DNA of 51,677 nucleotides, taken from a virus. The translations under genes and the position numbers were made by a program. Positions 16,028-24,492 of this stretch are shown in pieces (within the stretch, counting starts at the first letter, position 1; each line of letters opens with the position of its first letter). The notes under the pieces are model-generated. The model saw nothing but the letters and a program-made list of their open reading frames with translations, was not told the origin of the DNA and made no database searches. Where the stretch lies: IMG/VR virus record IMGVR_UViG_3300034175_000081; one strand, 5' to 3'.

Positions 16028-16885
16028 ATGACCCGCGCCCCGCTACTGTTCGACGCCAGCGAACGAACGTTCAACCCGACCAGCTTGCGGGTCGACGCGT
16101 CCGACCTGGTCCGGTTCATCGAAGCTAAGGACCCCCGCGCAATTGAGCGGTGGAACGACCTCGGCCCTGACGAATACGCCCGCGCCTTCACGGCCGCCGG
16201 CACCGCGGGCCGCGGGGTCATCGACGACCTATATTATGCCTATGTCGACACCCTGGAGCGCGGCGGCACCGAAGCCGACTTCGCTAAGGCCGTGATTCCG
16301 ACGCTCCAGGAAAAGGGATGGCTAGGCGGCGACAAGCGCGCAATCGCCCCGCGGGTTCACCTGATTTACGATACGAATTTGCGCCTGGCGCGTGGTGCCG
16401 GCCAATGGGATCGCATTCAAAAGGGCAAGGCGGCGCTCCCGTACCTTCGCGCCATCACCGCGCAGGACACGCGAGTACGCCGGCCGCCGCATTCGAAGCA
16501 TTCGGATCATCGGGCATGGGAAGGGATCATCCTTCCCGTGGATCATCCGTTCTGGACTCGGTATTGGGTGCCCCTCGGCTTCCGGTGCCGGTGCTCGATT
16601 ATCCCGATGACCCGATCGCAGCTCGCGAAGTCGACGGGGATCACCAGCGACGCCGAGCTGGCGCAACGCGAAGCCCGGCTCGGCCCGCCCGTGTTCAGCG
16701 CACCAGGCGGCGGCGTGTTTCAGCAACTATCCGAGGCAGTCAGGATAGAAAACGATCGCGACGACCGGATGCCCGGCCTTCCGCCCCTCGACCTGTCGGC
16801 CGATCGCCTGGCCGCGCGCGACCTATGGTCGGTTGAAACGGCCGCCCTTGCCGTCACGACTCTGTTCAATCGCATATTCGGCTAA
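16028..16885 (+). CDS. Head morphogenesis protein, Mu F / SPP1 gp7-like
   Basis: ITAQDTRVRRPPHSKHSDHRAWEGIILPVDHPFWTRYWVPLGFRCRCS matches the Phage_Mu_F pattern (D.rvR..H...dG......d.fW....PP....nCRC). Confidence 0.8.
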   Translation: MTRAPLLFDASERTFNPTSLRVDASDLVRFIEAKDPRAIERWNDLGPDEYARAFTAAGTAGRGVIDDLYYAYVDTLERGGTEADFAKAVIPTLQEKGWLGGDKRAIAPRVHLIYDTNLRLARGAGQWDRIQKGKAALPYLRAITAQDTRVRRPPHSKHSDHRAWEGIILPVDHPFWTRYWVPLGFRCRCSIIPMTRSQLAKSTGITSDAELAQREARLGPPVFSAPGGGVFQQLSEAVRIENDRDDRMPGLPPLDLSADRLAARDLWSVETAALAVTTLFNRIFG

Positions 16886-17068
16886 CGCCGGATTATAGAC
16901 GGTCGCCACGCAAACGACGGGGATCGCCTCGGCCGTGCGGTGCCCCACGACCAGGTAAGTGTTCACGAGATTGGTCAGGCCGACCAGGGCAAGCCCGATC
17001 GCGATAGCGCGCCACCGACTGCGCGCGGCGGCGACGGCTTCCTGGATGCTTTCGGTGCGGGGGGCCAT
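16823..17068 (-). CDS. Reverse-oriented small membrane protein (81 aa)
   Basis: ATG 17068 with ggag 11 nt upstream; high GC3. TM segment WRAIAIGLALVGLTNLVNTYLVV. The 3' end overlaps the convergent Mu-F-like gene by about 60 nt. Confidence 0.5.
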   Translation of the reverse strand: MAPRTESIQEAVAAARSRWRAIAIGLALVGLTNLVNTYLVVGHRTAEAIPVVCVATVYNPALAEYAIEQSRDGKGGRFNRP

Positions 17069-17133
17069 TGTGCTAGGTGCTCCGTTACAGGGTCGCGCGG
17101 GGCGCGGGTTGATCGGCAAGCGAAGGATCGAAC

Positions 17134-17547
17134 ATGGCCGCTTTTAATAAGTTCAATTCGTTCGTCGAGGCCATCGCCGAGAAGGGTCATAACCTCCAGG
17201 CTGACACCCTTAAAGTGATGCTGACGAACACGGCACCAGTCGCAACGAACACCGTCATTGCGAACATCGTCGAAATCGCGACCGGCAACGGTTACGCGGC
17301 CGGCGGCCCGCAAGCGACCGTGTCCAGCTCGGCGCAGACGGCCGGCGCTTATGCGTTGATCCTGGCCGACCTGGTCATCACCGCAGCCGGCGGTTCGATC
17401 GGTCCGGCGCGGTATGCGGTGCTCTACAATGCCACGGCCGGCTTGCTAATCGGCTGGTGGGATTATGGCGCGGCCTTCACCCTGGCCAGCGGGGAAACCC
17501 TCACGGTCGACTTCGACAACGCCGCCGGTGTCCTGACCCTCGCATAA
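17134..17547 (+). CDS. Hypothetical virion-associated protein (137 aa)
   Basis: SD gaagga. ORF track MAAFNKFNSFVEAIAEKGHNLQADTLKVMLTNTAP... First gene of the fibre/glycosidase cluster. Confidence 0.7.
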   Translation: MAAFNKFNSFVEAIAEKGHNLQADTLKVMLTNTAPVATNTVIANIVEIATGNGYAAGGPQATVSSSAQTAGAYALILADLVITAAGGSIGPARYAVLYNATAGLLIGWWDYGAAFTLASGETLTVDFDNAAGVLTLA

Positions 17548-17557
17548 GGCCGAACCG

Positions 17558-17800
17558 ATGAAGCTCCCCACGCCCGAAAAACTGCGCGCCCGGTTCGCCG
17601 AGCTGGCCGCCGATCGCGAAGCCGTGATGAACGCCACCGCGCCGTTGCGTGCCGAGCGCGACGACTTGTCGGCCGACACCGCGGCACGGGTCGCGCGCAT
17701 CGACGCGCAAATCGCCGAGCTGACCGAAGGGCTGTTCGACGCCGACAACGAAGCCGCCATGATCGCCCGCGCGCTCGGCGGCAAAACGGCCCTCGAATAG
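17558..17800 (+). CDS. Hypothetical helical protein (80 aa)
   Basis: ORF track; coiled-coil-like. Confidence 0.6.
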   Translation: MKLPTPEKLRARFAELAADREAVMNATAPLRAERDDLSADTAARVARIDAQIAELTEGLFDADNEAAMIARALGGKTALE

Positions 17801-18072
17801 TGGGCCTGGCGCGCAAAAAGGCCCCCACCGACGGCACCAGCGAAGCCGATTTCGACCCCTTGCGCCCGACGCGCACGCCGTCGCGGGTCGACATGGAGTC
17901 CGAGCTGAACCGCGACCAGGCCCGCGCGTGGATCGCGAGCGCGCGGAAGTTCAACCTGACCGGCAAGGAAGTGGCCTTCCTGGCCGGTATGGAAGCTGAC
18001 ATGCTGGTCACCACCTGGTCGCCGACGGTGCGCGAGTGGAACCGCCTTAACGACCTGGCCGAAGGATATTAG
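17800..18072 (+). CDS. Hypothetical protein (90 aa)
   Basis: GTG start sharing 1 nt with the preceding stop; ORF track. Confidence 0.6.
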   Translation: MGLARKKAPTDGTSEADFDPLRPTRTPSRVDMESELNRDQARAWIASARKFNLTGKEVAFLAGMEADMLVTTWSPTVREWNRLNDLAEGY

Positions 18073-18075
18073 GGC

Positions 18076-18807
18076 ATGATCGCCGACCGCGTATCTGTGA
18101 ACACGGCCACCGTCGGAACGGGCGCGGTCACCCTCGGCGCGGCCTTGCCCGGCTTCCGCAGCTTCGCGGCCGCCTTCCCCGCCCCCGCCACGACGACGGT
18201 CGATTATCTGATTGTCGAGGGCGTCAATTGGGAAACGGGAACGGGCGTGTTCACGCTCGCGACCGGCGTCCTGACCCGCACCCCCGTTGCCAGCTCGGCC
18301 GGCGGCGCGGCGATTGCGCTCGCCGGTGCGGCGGTCGTGTCGGTGTCCTACCTGTCGCGCACGAATGTTCCCGACTGGCCGGTGATGACCGTCGGCCGCA
18401 ACGGCGGCGCGACCGCCTTTCAAACGCTACCCGCCGCGTTCACGACATTGCAGCTAAACACCGCGCCGTCGATCGACACTCACGGCGGTTTCAGCACGTC
18501 GACTTACCTCTACACCGTGCCGGCCGGGCAAGATGGCGTTTACGATATTCAGGGCAAGATTCGGCCGATCGACGCGACGGCCGCAAGCCTCGGGTTCGGG
18601 GTCGGTATCGACATCGCGAACCAGGACACGCCCGATTTCCTTTGGACCACGACCAGCCCTAGCGCGCAGTCGGTAAGGCGGCACGGCAGCTACAATAGCC
18701 GGTTGATGCCGCTTGTCGCCGGCCAGCAAGTGCGGCTGTTCGGCTTCGCAGACGCCGGCAACCTGGCGATCGTCGGGGCCTCGCTAACCATCGCGCGGAT
18801 TCGATAA
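18076..18807 (+). CDS. Tail-fibre-like protein with a possible C1q/TNF-like C-terminal head
   Basis: Gly/Ala/Thr-rich N-terminus. The C-terminal STYLYTVPAGQDGVYDIQGKI...QVRLFGFAD resembles the C1q jelly-roll pattern (F.aP..G.Y.F...). Confidence 0.6.
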   Translation: MIADRVSVNTATVGTGAVTLGAALPGFRSFAAAFPAPATTTVDYLIVEGVNWETGTGVFTLATGVLTRTPVASSAGGAAIALAGAAVVSVSYLSRTNVPDWPVMTVGRNGGATAFQTLPAAFTTLQLNTAPSIDTHGGFSTSTYLYTVPAGQDGVYDIQGKIRPIDATAASLGFGVGIDIANQDTPDFLWTTTSPSAQSVRRHGSYNSRLMPLVAGQQVRLFGFADAGNLAIVGASLTIARIR

Positions 18808-21468
18808 GTGAGCGGGTTCGGTCCCGTCGCCGCGGGGCCGGTTGCGGCCGTTTCCGCCGACGCAATCGTGGTCGCCGCCACGCCCATTGTCGCGGCCGAT
18901 GTCGGCGCACCGTATCGCTACAATCAGGGTTACCCGACCCGCTATTTCCTCGGCGACACCTTTTCGTTCGCCTGGTCCGACAACAATGTCGATTACTCGC
19001 CGTCGAACGACAGCCGCGGTTTCCAGGGATCGACCCCGACCAGCAACATTTCGTTCAATAGCTGGAGCGGGTCGCCGCCGCTGAACAACATCGTGGGAAC
19101 GCTGGTCAACCGGATGCCGCAATTCGGCACCACGAACCAGCTCGGGACCGACGGCGCGAGCTATAAAACTGGCGGCCTCTTGTCGCAGGGCGGCACGCTC
19201 TACTTGTGGACCAGCCGCCATAAGTACGGGTCGAACGCGAACGGCAACATTCAGACCGCGAACAACGCGCAGCTAATCAAGTCGACCGACAAGGGGGTGA
19301 CCTGGTCGCCGCTCCCGCCGAGCACGGCCAACCCCTTCGCCGCGCCGATGTTCACCGACACGAAGTTCAGCACGCCTTGGTTCGTCCAGTACGGCAAGGA
19401 TGGCCAGGTTCCCGACGTGCACAACTCGGCGCTTTATGCCTATGCGCTGTCGAATAACGGGAGCTGGAACAACGGCGATTCAATGGTCATCGGCCGTTGT
19501 CTTCGCTCGGCGCTTCCGAACCTGTCGGCCGCCGATTGGTCGTTCTATCAGGGCGGCGACGGCATGCTGGACGCGTCGTGGGGCGCGCTCGCGACCGCCG
19601 CGACGATCGTCAATGATCCGAAAAAGGTCGCCGCGAACGGCGCGCAGTATATCCCGGCGACCGGCCGCTATGTAATGTTTCAGTGGCACTATCCGTTCGT
19701 CGTTGCCGCGCAAGACAACGTGTATGGCGGCCCCGATCCGAAGACCGGGAACACGGTTTGGTCGGTGTATGAAAGCCCGACGCCGTGGGGTCCCTGGACC
19801 AAGATTCAAACGATCAAGTGGAACCTGCTAGGCGTCTATAACGGCAACGTCATTCCGCGCAGCGTGTCGGTCGACGGCGGGAGTAACATCGTTGTCGCGG
19901 CCTCGGGTGACTACGGCGAAAGCGGCGCGACCGAAGGTTACTACACGCTGATTCAGATCCCCGTCGCACTCCGCACGACGGGCGCGCTTCCCGCCGAGCC
20001 GGTTTGCACGGCCGACCCCGTCATCACCGGCCTAATCAAGCCCGGCGAAGTGGTGACGTGTTCGCCCGGCACCTGGACGAATAGCCCGCACAGCTTCCTT
20101 TACCAGTGGCGGAACCAGGCCGGGCAATGGCTCTACCTGTCGAACAAGCCGACCTATTTGCAGCATCCCGGCGACGGCATCCCGCAATGCGATGTCGTGG
20201 CGATCAACGCGGCCGGCACCAGCGAGATTAAGCGGGTGTCGCACCTTGGCCAGGCCGAGCCGGCCGACCCGTCGGTTATCCGCGTCGGCTTCGACCTATC
20301 GCGCAAGGCTTTCCCGGTCGTGTTCTCGGCCGATTATCTGACCATCACGCAAACGGGTGACGGGTTCCAGATGACGCCGACCGTCTATAAGTCGGACGGC
20401 GCTTGGTATGGCGAAATGACGGTCAGTCAGGGGCCGGGGATCGCGATCGGCTTCGCGAACACGCTGTCGCCGCTGGTCCAGGCATATGCCGGGCAAGACG
20501 CGAATTCGATCGGCATGTATCAGGACGGATACGCCGGCAACAATGTGATCGGTTACCCCGCGCTAGTCGGGTCGTATGGCGCTGGCGCTGTCATCCGGTG
20601 GGCGATGAAGCCCGCGCTCGGGAAGGTATGGCTGGCGGTCAACGGCGGGGCCTGGAATGGCGACCCCGTCGCCGGCACCGGCGGCCTTGCGATCCCCGTC
20701 GCCGGTGGCGTCGCCCCTGTCGCGTACACCGACGCGCCCGGCGCTTCGGTCACCGCGAACAACGGATACGTCGCGACGACCTACGCGAAGCCGACCGGCT
20801 TTTCGACGCTCGACAGCCCGGCGACGAACAAGTCGCTGGTGGCGGCGCGCGGCGTGGTCACCGTCACCGGCCGGCCGTCGAACCTGGTCCGCGGGTTCCA
20901 GCTCGCCGCCTCGCGCGGGACCTTCACCGCGACCGGCCAGGCGGTCGGCACGTCGTCGGCTCGGGTGCTCCCGGCCGCGCCTGGTGCGTTCGTCATCACC
21001 GGCCAGGCGATGACCTTCCGCCGGTCCTATGCCCTGGCCGCCAGCTCGACCGCCGTCGCGTTCCAGGGGCGCGCGGCAACCCTGATCGTCGGCAAGCGGC
21101 TACAGCTCGCCGCCGGGTCGTTCGCCCTCACGGGCCTGGCCATGACGATGAACAAGCTCGGCGCGCTGTCGGTCCTGGCCGCCACCGGCGCGTTCGCGAT
21201 GACCGGCCAGGCCGCCACCTTCCGCACTGACCGCCGCCTGGTCGCCGATCGCCGCGACGTGGTGCTGACCGGGCGCGCGATGACCTTCCGGCGAGGGCTG
21301 AAAATGACGGCCGCGCCGGGCGCTTTCGCCTTCACTGGCAACGCGACGGCCTTCGCTCGCGTGTTCTTCGGCGTGCCCCCGGCGTCGATGACGATCCGGC
21401 TATATGACGACGGGCCGCGAGTCGTTACACTACGCGACAGCGGGGCGCGCTCCGTCACACTTTTCTAG
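18808..21468 (+). CDS. Tailspike-like protein: BNR/Asp-box beta-propeller (DUF4185/sialidase-like) plus a C-terminal 22-aa repeat array
   Basis: GTG directly after the previous stop. Asp-box S-T-D-K-G-V-T-W (19279..19308). The surrounding WSVYESPTPWGPWTKI and YYTLIQIP resemble DUF4185-type glycosidases. Repeats at 20830..21365. Confidence 0.75.
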   Translation: MSGFGPVAAGPVAAVSADAIVVAATPIVAADVGAPYRYNQGYPTRYFLGDTFSFAWSDNNVDYSPSNDSRGFQGSTPTSNISFNSWSGSPPLNNIVGTLVNRMPQFGTTNQLGTDGASYKTGGLLSQGGTLYLWTSRHKYGSNANGNIQTANNAQLIKSTDKGVTWSPLPPSTANPFAAPMFTDTKFSTPWFVQYGKDGQVPDVHNSALYAYALSNNGSWNNGDSMVIGRCLRSALPNLSAADWSFYQGGDGMLDASWGALATAATIVNDPKKVAANGAQYIPATGRYVMFQWHYPFVVAAQDNVYGGPDPKTGNTVWSVYESPTPWGPWTKIQTIKWNLLGVYNGNVIPRSVSVDGGSNIVVAASGDYGESGATEGYYTLIQIPVALRTTGALPAEPVCTADPVITGLIKPGEVVTCSPGTWTNSPHSFLYQWRNQAGQWLYLSNKPTYLQHPGDGIPQCDVVAINAAGTSEIKRVSHLGQAEPADPSVIRVGFDLSRKAFPVVFSADYLTITQTGDGFQMTPTVYKSDGAWYGEMTVSQGPGIAIGFANTLSPLVQAYAGQDANSIGMYQDGYAGNNVIGYPALVGSYGAGAVIRWAMKPALGKVWLAVNGGAWNGDPVAGTGGLAIPVAGGVAPVAYTDAPGASVTANNGYVATTYAKPTGFSTLDSPATNKSLVAARGVVTVTGRPSNLVRGFQLAASRGTFTATGQAVGTSSARVLPAAPGAFVITGQAMTFRRSYALAASSTAVAFQGRAATLIVGKRLQLAAGSFALTGLAMTMNKLGALSVLAATGAFAMTGQAATFRTDRRLVADRRDVVLTGRAMTFRRGLKMTAAPGAFAFTGNATAFARVFFGVPPASMTIRLYDDGPRVVTLRDSGARSVTLF
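20830..21365 (+). repeat. About 8 tandem, degenerate 66-nt (22-aa) repeats, consensus L.AA.G.F..TGQA.TFRR
   Basis: Units read from the translation: LAASRGTFTATGQAVGTSSARV / LPAAPGAFVITGQAMTFRRSYA / LAATGAFAMTGQAATFRTDRR / LVADRRDVVLTGRAMTFRRGLK / MTAAPGAFAFTGNATAFARV, and others. Confidence 0.8.
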
Positions 21469-21477
21469 GGCGGCGCA

Positions 21478-21864
21478 ATGGTGATTCCGACTTCCGCGAC
21501 GAAGCTCCCGCAGGACCTGGACCCGTTTGACGTGGATTGGTTCGGGGTCGACATTTCGCGCGGCGTCCAGGGGGTGACCCCCTTCCCGATCCTTGCGCCT
21601 GGCGAAAACGTCGCCGCGTTCACGGTCCAGCCGCAACCCGAGGCGGTCGACGCCGGGCTGATTATCATGTCGGGCAACGGCTACCCGCAAGCCGCCATCG
21701 TCGGCACGACCCTGTCGATTTATCTCGCCGTCGCCGAGGCGAAACAGAGCAATAGCAAGTTCGACGTGGGAATGTTGCTTGGCATCGAATTGAGCATCAC
21801 GACCGACGCCGTTCCGCCGCGCAAGAAACAGCGCACGTTCACCGTTCTAATCATCAATAAATAG
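21478..21864 (+). CDS. Hypothetical protein (128 aa), possible fibre adaptor
   Basis: ORF track MVIPTSATKLPQDLDPFDVDWFGVDISRG... Sits between two glycosidase-like genes. Confidence 0.65.
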   Translation: MVIPTSATKLPQDLDPFDVDWFGVDISRGVQGVTPFPILAPGENVAAFTVQPQPEAVDAGLIIMSGNGYPQAAIVGTTLSIYLAVAEAKQSNSKFDVGMLLGIELSITTDAVPPRKKQRTFTVLIINK

Positions 21865-21878
21865 GAGCGACCCGACCA

Positions 21879-23942
21879 ATGACCCGACAAGCCTTTCGCC
21901 TGGTGGGGGTCGGCCTTGCCATCTCCACCGCGGCCGCCTTCGGCCCCCTACTGACCGCGCCAATCGTCGCGCAGACGATCGCCGGTTGTGGCACGACAGC
22001 CATCCCGAAAACCGACCTGAACAGCATCGAACGGCTAACCGCCGGGATCGTGTGTCGCGAAAAGGCCATCACCAGCGGCAACGCCGGGATCGCGGTTCGT
22101 CGCGACCGGGTGAAGGCCCTCACGCCGGCCCCCACGCCCACGCCAGCCCCGACGCCAGCCCCGACGCCAGCCCCGACGCCGGCACCGACCCCCACGCCCA
22201 CCCCGACCCCCGTCGTGGTGACCTGGACGCCATGCGCGAAGGAAGACGCGGTTTGCACCCCGCCGGCCCCCGCCCTGGTGCGCTACGGCGTCGGCGACAA
22301 GTTCCGCTATCTGACCGCCTCGGCCCCCGTGACGTGCGGCAACAAGGTTTTCGGAGACCCGATCGTCGGCACCGTCAAGTCGTGTTCCTATTCGCTGAAC
22401 GCGCCCGTTCCCGCCGGCACCGCGGCCGCGCCGGCTGTCGTGGTATCGCCCACCCCGACGCCCGCGCCGACTCCTTCGCCGACCCCCACGCCCACGGTCG
22501 GCGTCGTGCCGGCGACCCGCATCGGCGTGAACGTCGCCCCGTCGAGCTATTACAACACCGAACGCATTTATGTGAATTTGGTCGAGGGTAGCGGCGGCTG
22601 GAAAGACTCGACCGCGGGGTGGGGATCGACCGCGGCGGAAAAGCTGAACGCGGCCGGCTTCCCGATCGTGGAAGGGCAATGGATGCCCCTTGTGCCGCCG
22701 CGCGAGCTTTGGGCGGGTGGGTCGGCGACGATCGCGTGCACCTGGTCGGGTGACGGCCAGTTCAGCGTCGATGGCATGGCGCGGGGTTGGCTCGCCGCAA
22801 GCGGCCAGTCGTTCACCGTGTCGGGGTTCGATCGCAGCAAGGGCGGGTTCCCCGCCATCCGCATTTCGCCCAAGGGGATGACGACCGCGAAGCCGCTGTC
22901 GTCGCTCGATTGCCGGGAAGCCGGCGTGCAAGCTGTCGGTCGGTTCGAACAGAAGTTCGTCGACGACATGAAGCCGTTCGCGGTGCTGCGATTCCTGGAC
23001 TGGAGTAGCACGAACGGCAATCCGGCAAGTGTGACGTGGGCGACGCGCGCGACGCCCGACCACGGCGGGAGCGACGGCACCCCCCTGGAATATATGATCG
23101 ACCTGGCGAACGCCGCGGGAACCGACGCCTGGTTCACGATCGCCTACAATGCCGACGCCGATTATGTTCGCCGGGCGGGCGAGCTGGTGCGGGATCGCCT
23201 GGCACCCGGTCACCGGGGATATTTCGAGCTGTCGAACGAAGTGTGGAATTTCGCCTTTTTGGTCGCTCGCCAGGCTGTCGAGGAAGGCGCGAAACAGGTC
23301 CCGCCCCTGTCGAGCGACTACTATTCGAACAACCCGCTTCGGTACGCGCAGAAGACAATCGAATTTCACAAGGTCCTAACCCCCGTGTTCGCGGCGAACC
23401 CGTCGCGCCTGGTGCGCGTCGTGGCGTCACAGAACGCGAATTCCTGGACCGTCCGCACGATCCTGGCGTTTCCCGGCCTGGTCGATTGGGTCGACGCGCT
23501 CGCGACCGCGCCTTACTTCGGCGGCGACATATTCAACGCCCCGAACGACACGGCCACCCTGGCCGACCTTCCCGCCGCCTTCGCCCGCCTGGAGGCGGGG
23601 CGCGTAAACTCGATTGCGAAGGCCCTCGAAAACAAGGCCGCGGCCGCCAAGTACGGCAAGCGATTCATCGCTTACGAAGCCGGGCAACATATCGTCGTGA
23701 AGCCCGGCCCCCTGGCCGAGGTTGCCGCGGCCATGCAGCGGTCGCCGTTGATGGGCGAGGCTTATGACCGATACCTGGCCGACTGGCGCGCAAAGATCGG
23801 CGACGACCTGGTGATATACGCGGCGACCGGGACAATCTCTCAATATGGTTCGTGGGGGATTCGTGAGTACGCCGGCCAGCCGATCGCCGAGACGCCGAAG
23901 CGGCGCGCGGTGCTCGACGCCATCGCGGCGACCGCGAAGTGA
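21879..23942 (+). CDS. Secreted modular glycoside hydrolase (clan GH-A-like TIM barrel) with a Sec signal peptide, Pro/Thr linkers and a Cys-rich module
   Basis: SD aggagcg. Signal peptide MTRQAFRLVGVGLAISTAAAFGPLLTAPIVAQ. Cys-rich module CAKEDAVCTPPAPALVRYGVGDKFRYLTASAPVTCGNKVFGDPIVGTVKSCSY. Putative acid/base FELSNEVWN (about 23222..23250) and nucleophile AYEAGQH (about 23670..23690). Confidence 0.75.
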   Translation: MTRQAFRLVGVGLAISTAAAFGPLLTAPIVAQTIAGCGTTAIPKTDLNSIERLTAGIVCREKAITSGNAGIAVRRDRVKALTPAPTPTPAPTPAPTPAPTPAPTPTPTPTPVVVTWTPCAKEDAVCTPPAPALVRYGVGDKFRYLTASAPVTCGNKVFGDPIVGTVKSCSYSLNAPVPAGTAAAPAVVVSPTPTPAPTPSPTPTPTVGVVPATRIGVNVAPSSYYNTERIYVNLVEGSGGWKDSTAGWGSTAAEKLNAAGFPIVEGQWMPLVPPRELWAGGSATIACTWSGDGQFSVDGMARGWLAASGQSFTVSGFDRSKGGFPAIRISPKGMTTAKPLSSLDCREAGVQAVGRFEQKFVDDMKPFAVLRFLDWSSTNGNPASVTWATRATPDHGGSDGTPLEYMIDLANAAGTDAWFTIAYNADADYVRRAGELVRDRLAPGHRGYFELSNEVWNFAFLVARQAVEEGAKQVPPLSSDYYSNNPLRYAQKTIEFHKVLTPVFAANPSRLVRVVASQNANSWTVRTILAFPGLVDWVDALATAPYFGGDIFNAPNDTATLADLPAAFARLEAGRVNSIAKALENKAAAAKYGKRFIAYEAGQHIVVKPGPLAEVAAAMQRSPLMGEAYDRYLADWRAKIGDDLVIYAATGTISQYGSWGIREYAGQPIAETPKRRAVLDAIAATAK
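22121..22212 (+). repeat. Pro/Thr/Ala linker encoded by a degenerate 12-nt repeat (ccagccccgacg)
   Basis: Encodes TPAPTPTPAPTPAPTPAPTPAPTPTPTPTP. A second shorter linker lies at 22447..22497. Confidence 0.85.
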
Positions 23943-24238
23943 CCGTCGTTCGCGGCACCGTAAACAACGGCTGGTCGAGCGACGTTGACTTGCCGTTCTA
24001 CAAGGGCGCGGCCGGCGCGCAGTTCGGCCCCGTGGGGCAAACGGACCCCGCAAGGGTGCGCTTCGGCTATGCCGGCGCGATCGTGCGGGACATGGTCGGG
24101 GCGAAGGGAACGGCCACCGTCCCCGACCCCCTGGACCCCGACAACATGATGACGGTCGCCGTGACGGTGACCGATGCGACCAAGAGCGATACCACGAAGG
24201 GCTTCGTGACCTTCACGGCCACAATCGACCGCGACTAG
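23939..24238 (+). CDS. Hypothetical protein (99 aa)
   Basis: GTGA overlap with the glycosidase gene. Its stop TAG and the convergent gene's stop share the tetranucleotide CTAG at 24235..24238. Confidence 0.6.
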   Translation: MTVVRGTVNNGWSSDVDLPFYKGAAGAQFGPVGQTDPARVRFGYAGAIVRDMVGAKGTATVPDPLDPDNMMTVAVTVTDATKSDTTKGFVTFTATIDRD

Positions 24239-24492
24239 AGCCTGGCCAGCTCGGCGGGGGTGCACTTTCGGGCACTCCCGCTAGGCGGTTGCCACCGTGG
24301 CAACCAGCGTTTCATTCCCCGCACCTGGCGGCATTGCCAGCAATCCACCGTCGGCGGGGCCGGCTCCAGGACTTCGGCCCGCGCGCCGCATTCGCACCCG
24401 TAGCACGCGACCGGCTGGCGGTTCGGATCGTCCGACGGCTCGGGTTTGGCCTCCAGCTCGGCCGCGAATTGGGCGAACATATTGTCGGTCAT
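24235..24492 (-). CDS. Small Cys-rich protein (85 aa), last gene of the reverse island
   Basis: ATGA overlap upstream. Cys pairs ACYGCECG and DCWQC suggest a zinc ribbon. Confidence 0.6.
   Translation of the reverse strand: MTDNMFAQFAAELEAKPEPSDDPNRQPVACYGCECGARAEVLEPAPPTVDCWQCRQVRGMKRWLPRWQPPSGSARKCTPAELARL

Noticed and set aside
22035-23369. 444-aa minus-strand ORF opposite the glycosidase gene. Similar long shadow ORFs occur at 8229..9455(-), 391..1329(+), 17446..18423(-) and 28169..29581(+)
   Set aside because: All are Arg/Gly/Pro-rich and lack start-codon context or motifs. All overlap genes with clear family signatures or translational coupling.
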